Positions 59,792 to 59,875 of a DNA stretch of 59,875 nt are shown piece by piece. This DNA is from Actinomycetes bacterium. Its GTDB lineage: Bacteria > Actinomycetota > Acidimicrobiia > Acidimicrobiales > JAJYXR01. The stretch covers positions 1 to 59,875 of the forward strand of contig JAJYXW010000159.1 of the NCBI GenBank assembly GCA_021801525.1, written 5' to 3'. The notes below the pieces were generated by a model. That model was not told the origin of the DNA and ran no database searches. It saw only the letters and a program-made list of their open reading frames with translations. A program made the position numbers and the translations under genes. How positions within the stretch are numbered: the stretch's first letter is position 1; every line of letters starts with the position of its first letter.

Positions 59792-59875
59792 GCAGCGGAC
59801 TCAGATCTCTTTGACCGACGAGGAGCGGCGTGCCCTGGATGCCGCCGCGCTGCGGACTGGTCGATCGCTCTCATC
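59790..59875 (+). CDS. Ribbon-helix-helix (CopG/VapB-like) protein, probable antitoxin (partial)
   Basis: Translates MQRTQISLTDEERRALDAAALRTGRSLS..., an RHH pattern; runs off the window and is not in the ORF track. Confidence 0.7.
   Translation, partial: MQRTQISLTDEERRALDAAALRTGRSLS

Noticed and set aside
56765-59875. Complete prophage, IS or ICE
   Set aside because: No integrase, transposase, relaxase or structural genes within the window; only cargo-type genes are seen

Overview
High-GC actinobacterial chromosome segment; gene content suggests Acidimicrobiia (inference). From left to right: (1) two tandem cupredoxin-like genes, a Tat-exported Fe-S protein and an NrfD-type membrane subunit, resembling an alternative-complex-III/Qrc core with no c-type cytochrome in view; (2) a class III aminotransferase, SCP2 and APC permease operon, then an MFS exporter; (3) an uncharacterised catabolic cluster (acetoacetate decarboxylase family, ferritin-like diiron protein, two amidohydrolases, an SCP2-like protein, hydantoinase/oxoprolinase B and A); (4) a probable low-oxygen block with DosR-like boxes (Rrf2, USP fusion, PNPOx-like, xfp, ackA, radical SAM, ctaA, lone ctaD); (5) secreted or surface proteins; (6) a sigH-rshA-like pair and the housekeeping run tilS-hpt-folE-folP-folB-folK-panC-panD-nadB-nadC-coaX-lysS, with ftsH missing from its usual place; (7) ABC/TetR efflux and a hydrolase; (8) an accessory tail with an ArdC-like gene, a MerR/thioredoxin-like pair and toxin-antitoxin modules. 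The two most striking unexplained signals are a 28-bp direct repeat resembling a tRNA 3' end that precedes each of two consecutive TA modules (a possible cassette array, cut by the window edge), and many mutually unrelated short tandem repeats at gene junctions, several of which contain the upstream stop codon. No rRNA, complete tRNA, CRISPR array or integrase was seen. All calls are by eye from motifs; no database search was run.
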